From: Camelus ferus
Lineage: Eukaryota
DNA: 64,000 nt
NCBI RefSeq assembly: GCF_009834535.1
Contig: NC_045696.1
Location: forward strand, 56,544,001 to 56,608,000
Reading direction: 5' to 3'
The notes under the pieces are model-generated. The model was not told the origin of the DNA. It did not search any database and saw only the letters and a program-made list of their open reading frames with translations. The translations under genes and the position numbers were made by a program. Below are positions 40,678-52,928 of this stretch, piece after piece. The stretch's first letter is position 1. Each line of letters begins with the position of its first letter.

Positions 40678-41887
40678 GTTAATGAAAATAAGCTTTATTA
40701 CATCAAATAATAAATACACACAAAGATGAATACAGTTTTAGTCTTTTTTTCCGGACATTTTGATCAACTTACAGTAAAGACAAAACCAAAATCTGCAGTC
40801 TTAGTATGAAAATTGTTATTGGGTTGAGTGCTCTTTTTTCTGTATTTATAGCTTGTGAGTTTTTTAAACTGACTTCAAAACAGTAATAGTCATGCAAATG
40901 CTTAAGCAAAATAAAAGTTATATTATGTAGAATCTGTATTGTATAGCTGTCAGTAAAATAAAAATTTAAAAACATGAAGTGGGCTGTTAGTATTCATTAA
41001 AAACAAAATCCTTAGAGTTGTGTTGGCTTATGAGAAAGAATAAGGAACAATTTGGGTTACATAAATGTATTCAACAGAGAAGATTAAAGTGGGACACTGG
41101 TATCTTGGAGGCAAACTATAGTTTGCTACAAGAGTAGATACTTTTATGTGCACCTTTTTAATCAATGCTTTAAAATAAAAACCCTGAATAGTTCCTAACT
41201 ACTTAAAATGCAAATTCTAACCAACTGTAAAATCTTTTCTATAGGTTCAGAGCCTAGTAAGCCATGAGAGGGAAAGGGGAGGAAAATCCAAACCATTACC
41301 ATTTTGAAAACATGTTTCATCTGAACAGAAGAGACAATTGTAACTTCTTGTTAAAAAAAAAAAAAAAAAAAAAAAAAGGAAAAACCTTTCAAAACTAACA
41401 TGGTAGCTAGGGTCTGGCACTGTGTTCTGTGTCAGCCAAGCACTCCCTAACCAGTCCTTTAGTGTGGATGATACCTCAGTGTAGGTGGTCTGATCACTTT
41501 TCCCAACTGTAGTGATGGTCAGCAGCTCTGCATATTTGCTGAGGTACTGGGCTGTTCTCAGCTCCCTGGGTGTAGTCTAGGGATGGTGGCCTGCAGTCAC
41601 TCAACAGGTGGTGGTCCTATAAGGACATTGCCATGAAGGTAAAAGGTGAGTGGACGCTTCCAGCCTTGTTGAGCGAGACCATGGGCCTGTGAAGTCAAGT
41701 TTAGTTTGGAGAATATGCCTCCCCTACCCCACCAGTGGTGGATGGCGCTTGGTTGCAGCCAGGAGCAGGCCTGTGAGTGTGGCAGTGGCAAGCCTGGGCC
41801 CACAGGCGGGTGGCAGTGGCGGCTTAGCAACCCTGGCATTTGTGTGCTGGCCTGTGCACTTGTGAGCTCCTGAGCATTTTTTATTAT
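40678..41887 (-). pseudogene. CDK2AP1: Processed pseudogene of CDK2-associated protein 1 (DOC-1)
   Basis: Decayed CDS 41716-41407 (..AGSVHSP..LLSD..PPSLDYTQG..SKYAELL..GIIHTKGLVRECLADTE..ARP*), with ATG changed to ATA, a premature TAG at 41619-41617 and a ~30-nt deletion. The 3' UTR ends aataaagcttattttcattaac. TSD ttccattt(a/t)atttttt at 40662-40677 and 41888-41903. Confidence 0.95.
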
Positions 41888-42190
41888 TTCCATTTTATTT
41901 TTTATTTTCTGTTTTCTGTTTTGTTTGTTTTTTGCCTTCCTATGGGTTACCTTAACATTTTTAATAATTCCATTTTGATTTACCTGTAGTGTTTTGAATG
42001 TATGTCTTTGAATAGCTTTTTTAGTAGTTGCTCTAAGTATTACATGATACTACTTAAGTTATCCGTCTTTTGGTGTCGTCATTTTATCAGTTTGAGTAAT
42101 GTTGGAGAGGCCTTACCCCACTTTATGTATCTTTACCCTCCCCCATTTATAATATAATTGTCTTAAATATCTACATTTAGAACCGCATCA

Positions 42191-42945
42191 GGGACTGCCT
42201 TTGAAGAGGCAGAGTAGGAGCAGCTGGAGTTCACCTCCTCTCACAGACACACCAATACCATGACTCACTGCAGAACAACTAGTGATAAAAAAGACTCGAA
42301 ACTACCAGAAAGTATCTGTAGCTAAAAACTTGAAGAAGAAACCACAACGAGACCGGTAGGAGGGACAGACTCTTGTTATAATCAGGTCCCAAACATGCCT
42401 GGTGGGCAACCCACAAACTGGAGAATAATTATATTGTAGAGATTCTCCCACGGGAGTCAAAGTTCTGAGTCCCATATCAGGCTCCCCAGCCCGGGAGTCT
42501 GGCCCTGGGAAGAGGAGAACCCAGAATGTTGGTTTTGAAAGCCAATGGGGCTTGATTACTGGAGTTCCAGGGGACTGAGGGAATCAGAGACTGCATGCTT
42601 AAGGGTCACACAGAAGATCTCACACACACTGAAACCAAGGACAAAAGCAGTAATTTCGTAAGAGCCTGGACCGGACCTACCTGCTGGGCTTGGGAGTCTC
42701 CTGGGGAGGCGTGGAGTGGCTGTGGCTCAGCCTGGGGGCGTGGACACAGTGGTGGACATTCAGGGGTGTTCATCTGAATGAATTCTCCTTCTAGGAGGCT
42801 GACATTTTGGACATTAGCACTGAGACTTGGCCCCACCCAACAGCCTTTAGGCTCCAGAGCTGGAATGCCACAGGCCAAACAACTAACTAGGTGGGGAAGT
42901 ATCACCACCCATCAGCAGTCACTGCCTGAGGCTGACCCCTACAGG
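42191..42945 (+). mobile_element. Isolated 5' UTR of a younger laurasiatherian-type L1
   Basis: cccacaaactggagaataatt...catatcaggctccccagccc...ggttttgaaagccaatggggctt...aagcagtaattt resembles cetartiodactyl L1 5' UTRs; no ORF1 follows. Confidence 0.7.
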
Positions 42946-44789
42946 TGCTGCAGTTTGGGTAATTTTCATTGTTCTATCTTCTGCTTCACTATTTCTTTTC
43001 TTTGTCCCTTCTATTCTGCTGTTGAGCCCATCTACTGATATTTTTATTTTGGTTTTTGTATTTTTAGTTCTCAGGATTCTATTTGATTCTTCTTTATGTC
43101 ATCTATTTCTTTGCAGAGTCTTTCTGGTTTTCATTTGTTACAAACATGTTTCTAATTGCTTGTTGAGGCTTTTTTTTTTTTTTAATCATGGCTGCTTTAA
43201 AATCATTGTCAGATAATTCTAATATCTCTGTTATTTCAGTGTTGGCGTCTGCTGATTGTCTTTTTTCATTCAATTTGAGATATTCCTAGCTCTTGTTACG
43301 ATGAGTGGTTTCTGATTGATATCTGGACATTTTCATATTAGGTTATGAGACTCTAGGTCTTATTTAAACTTTTCATTTCAGCTGGCTTTTTTTGGACACT
43401 GCTCTGGCAGGAGAAGGAGACATTCACCTTGCTACTGCCAAGTGGAGGTAGAAGTCCAGGCTCCTCACTCAGCTTCCATTGATACCCAAGGTGAAGAGCC
43501 TCTCATTACTGTGGGAGAGGGTTGGGAATTCTGATTCTCTAAGTGGTCTGCACTGGAACTGTGGTAGAGGTGGCCTGATTTCCACAGGGTGCTGGTGGAA
43601 GTTCTAACTCTTCACTAGGCTTCCTCTGATGTCATCCCAGCAAGAAGGCTGAAGGACGGCTCATCACTGCTGATGGGGATAGAACTCCAGGCTCCCCGTG
43701 CGGTCTCCACTGACACTCTTGCACCACCCCAGCAGAGGGTGTGGGGTGCCTCATTACAGCCTCCCACGAGTGGATGTCTAAGATCCTCACTAGGACTTTG
43801 CTGGTGTGGGAGAGGTCGAAGCATGGTTTCTCCTTTGGTGCTTCACTGGAGTAGAGCGGGTTTTGTCTAAAAGTTTTCTGTCTTTTTACAATGCTCATTT
43901 TCTGGTCCTTTGGCTAGAGAGATCAGGTTTTTGTTGAGGGTTTCTTTTGTCTGCCTCTGTTGGTGTTTCTGAGTTGCATGTTCTTCACCTCCACATTTGG
44001 GATGTGTGAGGCAAAGAGAAAACCCAGGGAATTCATCACCATTCGATTCCTTGGATCCTAAAATCCTGTCTTTTCTCCACCTTTCAGAGGCTTCTTATGT
44101 TTGTTTTATATTTTATGCCCAGAGTTTTCACTTGTGCTTAGTGGGAGCAATAGGTAAGAGCACATTTCCTCACCTTTCTGGAAGCAGAAGTCACTACGTC
44201 TCTTTCAAGTCTTAATAAACACTTGGTGATTTGATTCAGGAATATCATTTTCTCCATTCCCACTCCCACCCTTTACACAAATACAAAAGAGTAAAAGCAC
44301 CAAGTTAGTAAAGTATTTTAAATTAATAATATAAATATAATTAATTAATCAAGATGTGAGGTTATCTAAATAAAAAGTTAATAAAGATATAATTTGATAC
44401 ATTTGTCTATCTACCCATGTAGATACTTTTATGCACATAGTACATGAAAGTTAACGGATTCAAAAATACATACATTCAGACTGATGTGAATTGGAGAGCG
44501 GTGGGCATCTTCCAGAGGCCATGAGTTTCAGGCCGTGGGGATAGAAGCTGATAGTTACCTTGGACACAGACTTCTGGGCAGAGTTAAGAGAAATATGTTC
44601 CCTATTCACACAAGCAATGGATCAGGGCCCTTGGGCTAGTGGCTTCCTAATATACATATTCTCATCTCATCTCATGTATACAGCTAGAGCAGGACAGTCA
44701 GACAGATAACCAGATAGACACACACACACTGTGACACACTGAACTAGGCTAATAGAAAAGTGACTGAAATGGCTTGAATAGAGAAGAAG

Positions 44790-44990
44790 AGTATGTGAAT
44801 AATTAATTAGAAGGCATGTTGATCATCCACTATGTATCAGATACTCTAAACATTATCTCATTTAATTTTTAAAGGTTGGTATTAGTACTCTGTTTTAACC
44901 AATAAGTAAATAACTAAGGCCTGAGGAGGTTAAATAACTTGCCTTATATCTAATAACTGCAGATCCCAAATTCAAACCCCAATTGGTCAG
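44790..44990 (-). mobile_element. MIR SINE
   Basis: cattatctcatttaattt...gcctgaggaggttaaataacttgcc...aattcaaacccc. Confidence 0.7.
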
Positions 44991-47900
44991 ATATGGACAT
45001 CTTTCATTTGCTCCCTATCTCTCATAGAAGAGGAGGGTGGTGCCCGGGGGGAAATAGCGTCAGGAGATTAGGTAAGAGAGACCTCGGTAAACTCCAGGAG
45101 GTGGCCACAGAGAATTGATAAATTGTGGTTGGACTTCATTGCCTTCCTCAGTCCCTTCTGTTCTCATAGTTGTGATGTGCATCGTCCCAGGTTTGCAGCC
45201 TTCTATTCCCAGGATGAACTTTCATTTCAAGGGAAAAGCCTGAGCTGGGTTCTGCTCTCCTCTCAGCTCTGAAGGGAGTTGGCCAGGTCTCCTCTTTCTG
45301 AGTGTATATGACTAAGAGAGATGGGAGGGGGCCCACGGCACAGAAACCCATTGCCAAGAACATCTCTGGGTGGAGAGACCTCTGGAACATTTTTTCCATT
45401 CTGCATCAGACAGAGTAAAATTGATTAGCATTTAATTGGTTTCAGCTGTTCTTAACATGTTGCACAGAAAACTTCGATGTACTTTGCTAAATTCAATATT
45501 CCTTATGGTTAACAGATTGAAAGCCAGAAACACCCTTGAAGAAACACCAGAAATCAGAGCTTTGGATCACACTGAGTTCTCTGCTATCATTCACCCATTT
45601 GGAATGCTAAATACTTTGGTATAAAATAAGAAACTAATCTATGTCTGGTAAGAGCTTCCTAGAAATTAAGATATCCAGATTGCAGCTCCAGCTCTCCTTG
45701 TGAGGCCAGGTGATTTTGGTGAACCTCTTCACCTCTCCGGACTGTATGCAGGCTCCTAATCTAGAAAGTGAGGAGACAACTCGGTGATCTCAAGAGCTGC
45801 TTCCATCTCTCAGAGGCTGTAATTGATTTTCATTATTCTGATCTTTGGTACAATTCTGGAAAAACAATGATACAATACTCTCTAATTAAAAAGTATACAG
45901 AACAGCTATGGCAGTCTTGGAACCCAATGAAGGGAGAAGTTTCAAAGGACATAAAGTAGTTAAGGCTTAATCAATAGGCATTTTAGTCTCCAGAGGCCAG
46001 AGGACAAATGAGGAGCTGGGAAAATCTCTGACCGCTTCACTGTGTGTTCTTGGGCAAGAACACTCCAGTCCTCACCCTTCATGTCTCCATCTATGAAACA
46101 CAAATAAGGACAACTACCTGCTAAAGCAAAAATCTTTAAGAGGTTCGGTCAAAGTGTAGGATGTAAATAGTACCAGACGCTGAGTGCCACTGAGTGGGTG
46201 CAGCCACAGTGACTGCTCTTCCTCAATCCTTCTCCTGTTCTTTCCTGCATTCCCTTAAACTGCTCATTCTCCAACTCTCTCTTTGCCTTATTTCTTCTCT
46301 GTCACTGCTTCTCTCTGAATTACCCTCACTCGGTCTTCCTTTTGTGAATGCTCATGGATGACTGACGTGGCAGCTAGAACAGCGAAAAGCCCAGAGAAGT
46401 TCCAACCTATAACCCAGCTGCTTAGGAGGACCTAGGAGGGAGACTTCTGAGCCCTGCTTAACACCCATGTGGCTTCACAGGCCTTCAGGGGTTGTTGCTC
46501 CCTTACCACAAACACTCAGGTTAGCATTCTGCTGATTCACTTGCAGACCTAACTCCAAGGCCTAGGGAACTCCAGAGCCATCTGGAGTTGGCTAGGTAAA
46601 TGGGGAAGCCATTTACCCCCAGGGCTGTGGGACTTACTTAAACCTGAGCAGGAAGAGATGTGAAATACCTTCACTGACTGCTTCTTTCATCCTCTAAAGT
46701 TAAGAACTCCCCTACGCCTCCATGAATGCATTAATGCTTGAAATAGCTCAGACTGCCAGACCCATAGCTGGACTGCTGGATGCATGGTCCAGGACCCTTT
46801 GGGGTCAGGCTTTCATAATGGGAGCAAGGCCAAAGCTGGCTGTAAAATGCTAGAGCCTTGCCATGAATGGTAACATGGAAGAGCTTTTGGCTTTGGCTGA
46901 GATGGCTCTCCAGGATTTAGTGCCCCATAGTGTAGATTTGTGTTAGCAATACACAGAGCTATGATATTGAAAGCAAGACTAGATATTGGAAGGTGGAGGC
47001 TGCTTGTAAAATTTATTGAATCAATGTGGAACCTCTTTCCCAGGACCAAATCACGCACTGGGAATCTGAAGTGCAGGAAAGAGTTCAGTCTTGGTGATTG
47101 CCTCACCAAGGATGGGGGATGCCAGCCTCACTTGATTGGAAAGTGGATGAATAGTGTTCTCTGCCTCTGGAAATGTCATGTGTCCACTTAGGAAGGGAGT
47201 GAAGGATTGCAGACAGCAAAGTCTTCCCAGTCCCGTCCGGTATCTCTTTACCACAGTCTGGGCAGGACTAGCCTGCACATGTTCTCTTCAAGTAGTGGGA
47301 CATTCTCTCTCTGAACACCCTGGGGGAGCAGAACAAAACTGAGCCTGTTGAGTGAGCCCACCAGGGCAGCAAGTCCAGAGTGCTACACACTGCTGTGTGC
47401 TAGCTACTCCTCAGAACCTGGCTCTCTCAAGATTTCATTTATAAGACTTTACTGAATCTTTCCCTCATAATGTGGGAATTACAAAGTATTTCAGGCAACA
47501 TTTCTCCTAAGAGTTTACCTGTGGTTGGAAATATGAGGAGTCCATGGAATAGAAATGAGAAGAAGACGACGAAAGTGCTTTGTAAACTCTAGAGTGCTGG
47601 GGCTGTTTACTCTTGTTGGTATATAAGGCCCCATGGAAGCTTCCTCAGTGGTTCCTATTTCCTATGAACTGAATCTGGGAATGAGACCCTGTCATCTGGT
47701 GACTTACATGCTCATATTCCTCAGGGAGAACCCAATCCCATCCTTCTAGCCTGGCCAGCTTGGCAATAAGCCTAGACTCATCTTATTAGTTCCTGATTCT
47801 GCTCTTCCTCCCCATAGTCACAGCACATTGACCCTAGGCATTTTTGTTAATTTCCCAACTCTAATCTACCTTGAGTCACAACAGGATGATGGAAGATCAC

Positions 47901-49539
47901 GTCATTTCCTTCGTTTTGATCATAAAGAGAGAACATGAAGGAGCTTTTATTCTTGCAGTCACTCTGTGCTCCCCACATGTTCCTCTGGCTCAGGTGTAGG
48001 GGTGGAGGGTGTGGTTAAAATTGTGCCCTGTGTTCCCCTGAGCTCTCAGCACATGCTCTGTTTCTCCCCTGGGTTCCTCTTTCAGCTCTTCTGAAGGCTT
48101 CTCTTTCTTTCTCTGGCATCGTTACAGTCTGAACTCACGTAAACTATTAATGAGCCAGGCAGTGCTATCTGATTTTTATAAATTGAATGATAGAGGTTTA
48201 TGAGAAAACAAGCCTTCTTGGTTTCTATAATCACCTTGATGATTGCCATGAACACTGAGTTCTACACTGCTGCTTTTGAATTGGCCTTTATTAAAACTTG
48301 AGTATAATTCTTCCAGGGTCAGGACTGCTAAGAACATTAGGAATTAACTTGGAAATTCTATGCTTTCATTATGCCCATTTTCCCTAGTTATTTGTTTTCA
48401 GCCAGAAAATCTGACATATCTTAAGATATGTTGCTTTTGCCATAAGCCATGAACTTAATTTTTAGCTGCTGTGACTTGGGATCTCAAGATGCTCAGAATA
48501 TTATTTATACACAGAAAAGAAAGATTCTATTTTAATCAATCAAGCTTACTTTACAGTAATCAGGTCAGCTGGGATAAATCTGCATTTTCTTCCTCTTTTT
48601 TAATGGTGATAAAATTATGAGAACTATTGTACCCCATGATTATGTATTTAGATATTGTGTTATCAAAAAGCACTAATAAAAGAGAAATAATCAAATGAAA
48701 CAGGTAAATAGGAGAAAATTCTACCCCCTCTCCACTCTCCCCTACCTTTTTGGCTATTTGAACATAAACAGTTTTACTAATGTCCATGGAGCTTAAATTC
48801 TGCTTCTTGTTAGGATGACTATTGCTAACTCCTCCCCAAGTGAAGCTAGGTGAAGACTTTGTGTTCTGAAGTCACTGTGTTCTTAGGCTTTCATCCAAAG
48901 CGACTTCACTCTCTGCCTGCTGGGATTTAAGAGAGACTGCTAACGTAAGGGCGGCAGATTGGTGAGCCAAAGACACCTTTTTTTCTGACTCACGTTAAAT
49001 AGGACTGAACTATGTGTTAAGATGCCCATCGAGCATCTCCAAAATTTCAATTAAGTTCTGCAGAATTCTATTTGGTTCAATCATGGAGTTAATTAAAATG
49101 TACATTACAGATCTGATACACTTAACAATGAACTGGCATTGAGAAGGCACAAGAACAGCTACTAAAACTCTAAAAATAACAATTCTTGGAGAACAGTTCC
49201 CAGACTCATATTAAACACATCAAAATTAATTTCAGCTGCTTCAGAAAGTTGGCATTCAAGTCAGTCCAGGATTTTTTTAATTGGTTTGATTTTTTTTTAA
49301 TTGGCAAAAACAAATCTAAGGTTTCATGATGGAAATGAAGAGTTTACTAATCATGATGCTGCCCATTAAGAATGATGGACCATCTTCCTACGAAAATCAA
49401 GCTGTCTAGTAATTGACAGCAGAGCATCAACACTCTTGAGAGAGCCTGAGCTTGAAGAAAATTGGCACTTAAAAGTTGTCAAGCTATTTACTCCAGCCTT
49501 CAGGAAGGAAAAAAGATAATCCAAGTGGTGCAAAAAAAT

Positions 49540-49900
49540 TTTTTGTAGAAGGTTTGTTGCAACATTATTTATCATTGTGAGAAATTGGAAACAGCCAAAT
49601 AGCCAAAAAGAGAATCCTCCTTTAAACTAATTATGATACATTCACACAGTGAAATACTATATAATCATAAAATAATGTTATGTTGTAGTAGTATTAAATT
49701 TCATAAGAAAATTTTATGATATATTAAGCTAATTATTATATGTATTGAGAGAAAAAAAAGCAGATTAAAAAATAAGATTCCAAAAGTTAATCATGGAATC
49801 ATGGCCCTCTCTAGGGAAATGCCAGAAAAACCTGATTTTTTTTTTCCTTTGGCCTTTTCTATATTTTCTTTGTAATAAAAGAGAAATAAACACCATAAAA
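49540..49900 (+). mobile_element. Old L1ME-like 3' remnant
   Basis: aaattggaaacagccaaat...aaactaattatgatacattcacacagtgaaatactat. Confidence 0.7.
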
Positions 49901-50616
49901 AGATATTTCATTTGCAAAATCTGCTGAGATATGGTACATATGTTAATCTCATCTTTAAACTAGAACTCCCAAATTACTTGTCTTTTTAGAGGCACATCTA
50001 CTTCTTATATTTCTCATCAATTAAAAATAATACTTGTCACTTCTTATCATATTTGGAAGTTTTCTGCTCTTTATTTATGCAATGCTTTGGGGAAATTAAA
50101 TTCGTGCCAAAGTCAACAGAAATGGTCATAATTTTGTTTCTGTGAAGTCTCTTTAAAAGATGTTAGGTGGTGTTAATAGGCCATTAAATTGGTCAAGAGG
50201 CCACCAGGCCTGAAATAAAACAGTTCTTTATTACTGCAGAAACCTCCATGGACAAACTCTACCCTCAAAGCAACATGCAAACCCCAGAAACTAAAAAGAA
50301 GGCGTACATGCTCAGCCAGAGTGTACCTGCGTGCTGAGCACAGATCAAGCTGCTTGTTTGAAGATGGAGAACTGAGGCTTTGACCAGTAAGACTGCACTG
50401 GGGAAAGATCAGGCCTTAGGTCAATACACTCCTGTGTGGGAGGATCACTGTCCTGGCAGTTTCACAGCACAAATGATAATGACTCATGTTAAGATGGGAA
50501 ACTCCATCAAACCCTATTATCCAAGACGGTCAAGAAACTAAAGTGCTATTGGATTAGCTGCTCCTGATTTGAGACATGTATTTAAAAACTACATAATCTC
50601 AGTCACGTCTCCTTCT

Positions 50617-50629
50617 GCCTCTGTCTCTG

Positions 50630-50684
<55 letters not shown>
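50617..50684. repeat. Compound (CT)n(CA)n microsatellite
   Basis: ctctgtctctgtctctctct...ctcacacacacacacacacacaca. Confidence 0.95.
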
Positions 50685-51204
50685 AACAGTGGAAAGATAT
50701 TTTAGGATAGTGGCTTACAGTAATGGTTGGCATTCTCAGTGTTCCTTCCTGTTACATGTTTCTTCTCATCGTTTGGATCTCTTCCTTTCCTCCCTGGCAC
50801 TCATATTTCTTACCGCCAACCTACCTCCTGCACTAACCCAGCTGCATAAAGGGATAATGGGGCAGCCTTTCTTATGCTTCTAGTCTTAGGTTGCCCGGGT
50901 TGTATGCTCTAGAGAAGGAGACAGCAGAAAAGCCAGGCAACAGACGTGTGGCTAGTGGGCTTACGAAGGTGAGATGTAGGAGAATGCAGTTGGTTGGTGC
51001 CTGAAGCGTGGGGATAAGGAGAACCAGGTCAAAGGATGGGGAGAGTGAAGGGAGGGAGAGTAGAGGGAGACCAGAGGGAAAGGGTTAATGGCGTGGGCAC
51101 CATCAGGGCACCAAGCATAGAAGAGGCAGGGAGCAGAGCGAGGTAGGAGTGGTCTGGGAGTGGAGAATGGCTGAGGAAGCTGCGGGCAGGAAGCCTGACT
51201 GGCA

Positions 51205-52790
51205 AAGCAAAGGTTCTTTCAGTGGAGGTCTATGGATTATAAATAGTTTTAGTTTTGTGTGTCTGAAAATATCTTTATTTTCTTCATCACTCAAATTGTG
51301 GTTTGGCTGGATATAACAGTCTAAATTGAAAGTTTTGTTCATTCAGCATTTTTGAAGACTGCTTTTTCTATTGTTTTGTAGCATTTAATGTTGCTGCTGA
51401 GAAGTCTGATAATCTGTGGGTTTTTTTTTTTAATAATCTATGTTTTCTTTCTGGCACATTTATGATTTCCTTTAATTCTTTATGTTCTAAGTTTCATGAC
51501 AACATTCCTAGGTGGGGATTTATTTTTATTTATCCTTTTGTTACTAAGAGTGAACTTTTAATCTGAGGATTTATGTCTTTTTTTTTTGCTCTGGAGAATT
51601 CTCAGCCATTACTTTTTAAAAATTTTTTAACATGTTTATATATCCTCTAAGAAGTGGCTTTGGATCCCACAAATGGGATCAAAGCAACACAAAACACATC
51701 TCTAAATATTTCTTTTGTCCTCTCAGCTATTACTTTTATGTGAAGTAAATTATGTTGCTTCTCTGTCATTCTGTTCATTCTTTTTTTCTGGGACTCATAC
51801 TATATTCATGTAACCACTCTTTTATACATTTAAATTCTTTGTCTCTGTTAAATTTGGGGTGAATTCCTCAATTTGAGCTTTCAGTGACCAGTACTTTATT
51901 GAGTCTAGAGCTCATTCTATTAAATAATTATAAAATTTCAAGGGCTATTTGAAGAGTAGTTCTATTTGGTTATTTTGCATAGCTATCTTTTTTGCTTCAT
52001 TTATGCCTGTTTTTGTTCCATAATGGCTGGTTCTTTTTATAACTGTCATTCTCTTATTTATCTCTTTGAGCTTCTTTGTTTTAACCAATTTGTTACACTA
52101 TTCATCACAACTAATTTCTTTCTGGATGAATTTATGTTCTGATTTCACATTTTATTGACTATTTTTTTAAGGGTTAGTTTTCTCAGATCTTGGAACTTTG
52201 ATTTGCAAGCTTATTTTGAGTTGAAATGCTTTTGTTGTTATTTGTTTTCAGTCTGCTTCTTTCCTCTCTTCCTTCCCTGTGTCTACTTCTTTAAATCACT
52301 GGTTTTATGATTGTCTCTTTACATGACCCCCTGGAATTCCATTTCAGAACCAGATGCTCTAAAGGCAGTTCAGGGCTCTTGGCCACAGTGATGTCAGAGA
52401 TACCTCAGGTCACCAGGCCAGTATGTGGCTTGGTTCTTTTCCTGCTTTCAAGACTGGATCTGTGTCCTCTTATCTCCCTAGCTACACAGACGCTCCTAAC
52501 TCTTAGCTTAGGCAGATTCTGACTAAGGCAATGATCCTAATCCAGGTCCCTTGTCTCAAGTGGAGTAGACTTCCAGTTACACAGCCATCTCCACCTAATT
52601 TTGGATGTGGAGACCGGCAGGTTCATGGCTTTACCAACTCACTCTTCGGCATTTGTTGTTTTTTCTCATCCATGGAGAGATCAATCTTTTTTTTCTCTCC
52701 CTTTGAACTCTGAAATATAATTTTTATTTTCTTTTTTATAGTTTACCTTTGCCATGTTATTTGGGGGAAGACCAACAAGGTCAAAGCGTG
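51205..52790 (-). mobile_element. Old L1M remnant (ORF1/5' region, antisense)
   Basis: tctgaaaatatctttatttt...gttgctgctgagaagtctgat...ggagaattctcagccatt...T-rich antisense text. Confidence 0.75.
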
Positions 52791-52809
52791 AACTTCCTGT
52801 CCCTGACCC

Positions 52810-52928
52810 AGATTTTTAAAAACAGCTGCTGGACTTCTGATGAGTAGAGAAGTGTGCCCACGCCATTAGCCCTTTCCCTTTGGTCTCTCTCTACGTATCA
52901 GAAGTCCAGCAGCTGTTTTTAAAAATCT
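52810..52928. repeat. 119-nt fold-back with perfect 32-bp inverted arms
   Basis: 52810-52841 agatttttaaaaacagctgctggacttctgat is the exact reverse complement of 52897-52928. Confidence 0.98.

Larger units (their letters stand above)
40352..44192 (-). mobile_element. Old L1M (L1MB/MC-like) 5' half (5' UTR, ORF1, start of ORF2), hosting two nested insertions
   Basis: Antisense ORF2 text at 40352-40677 and 41904-42190, ORF1 text from ~42945, and a 5' terminus ...cacctttctggaagcagaagtc at 44192. Confidence 0.8.

Noticed and set aside
48414-48431. 18-bp perfect palindrome acatatcttaagatatgt
   Set aside because: About one such AT-rich palindrome is expected by chance in 64 kb, and there is no flanking element structure.
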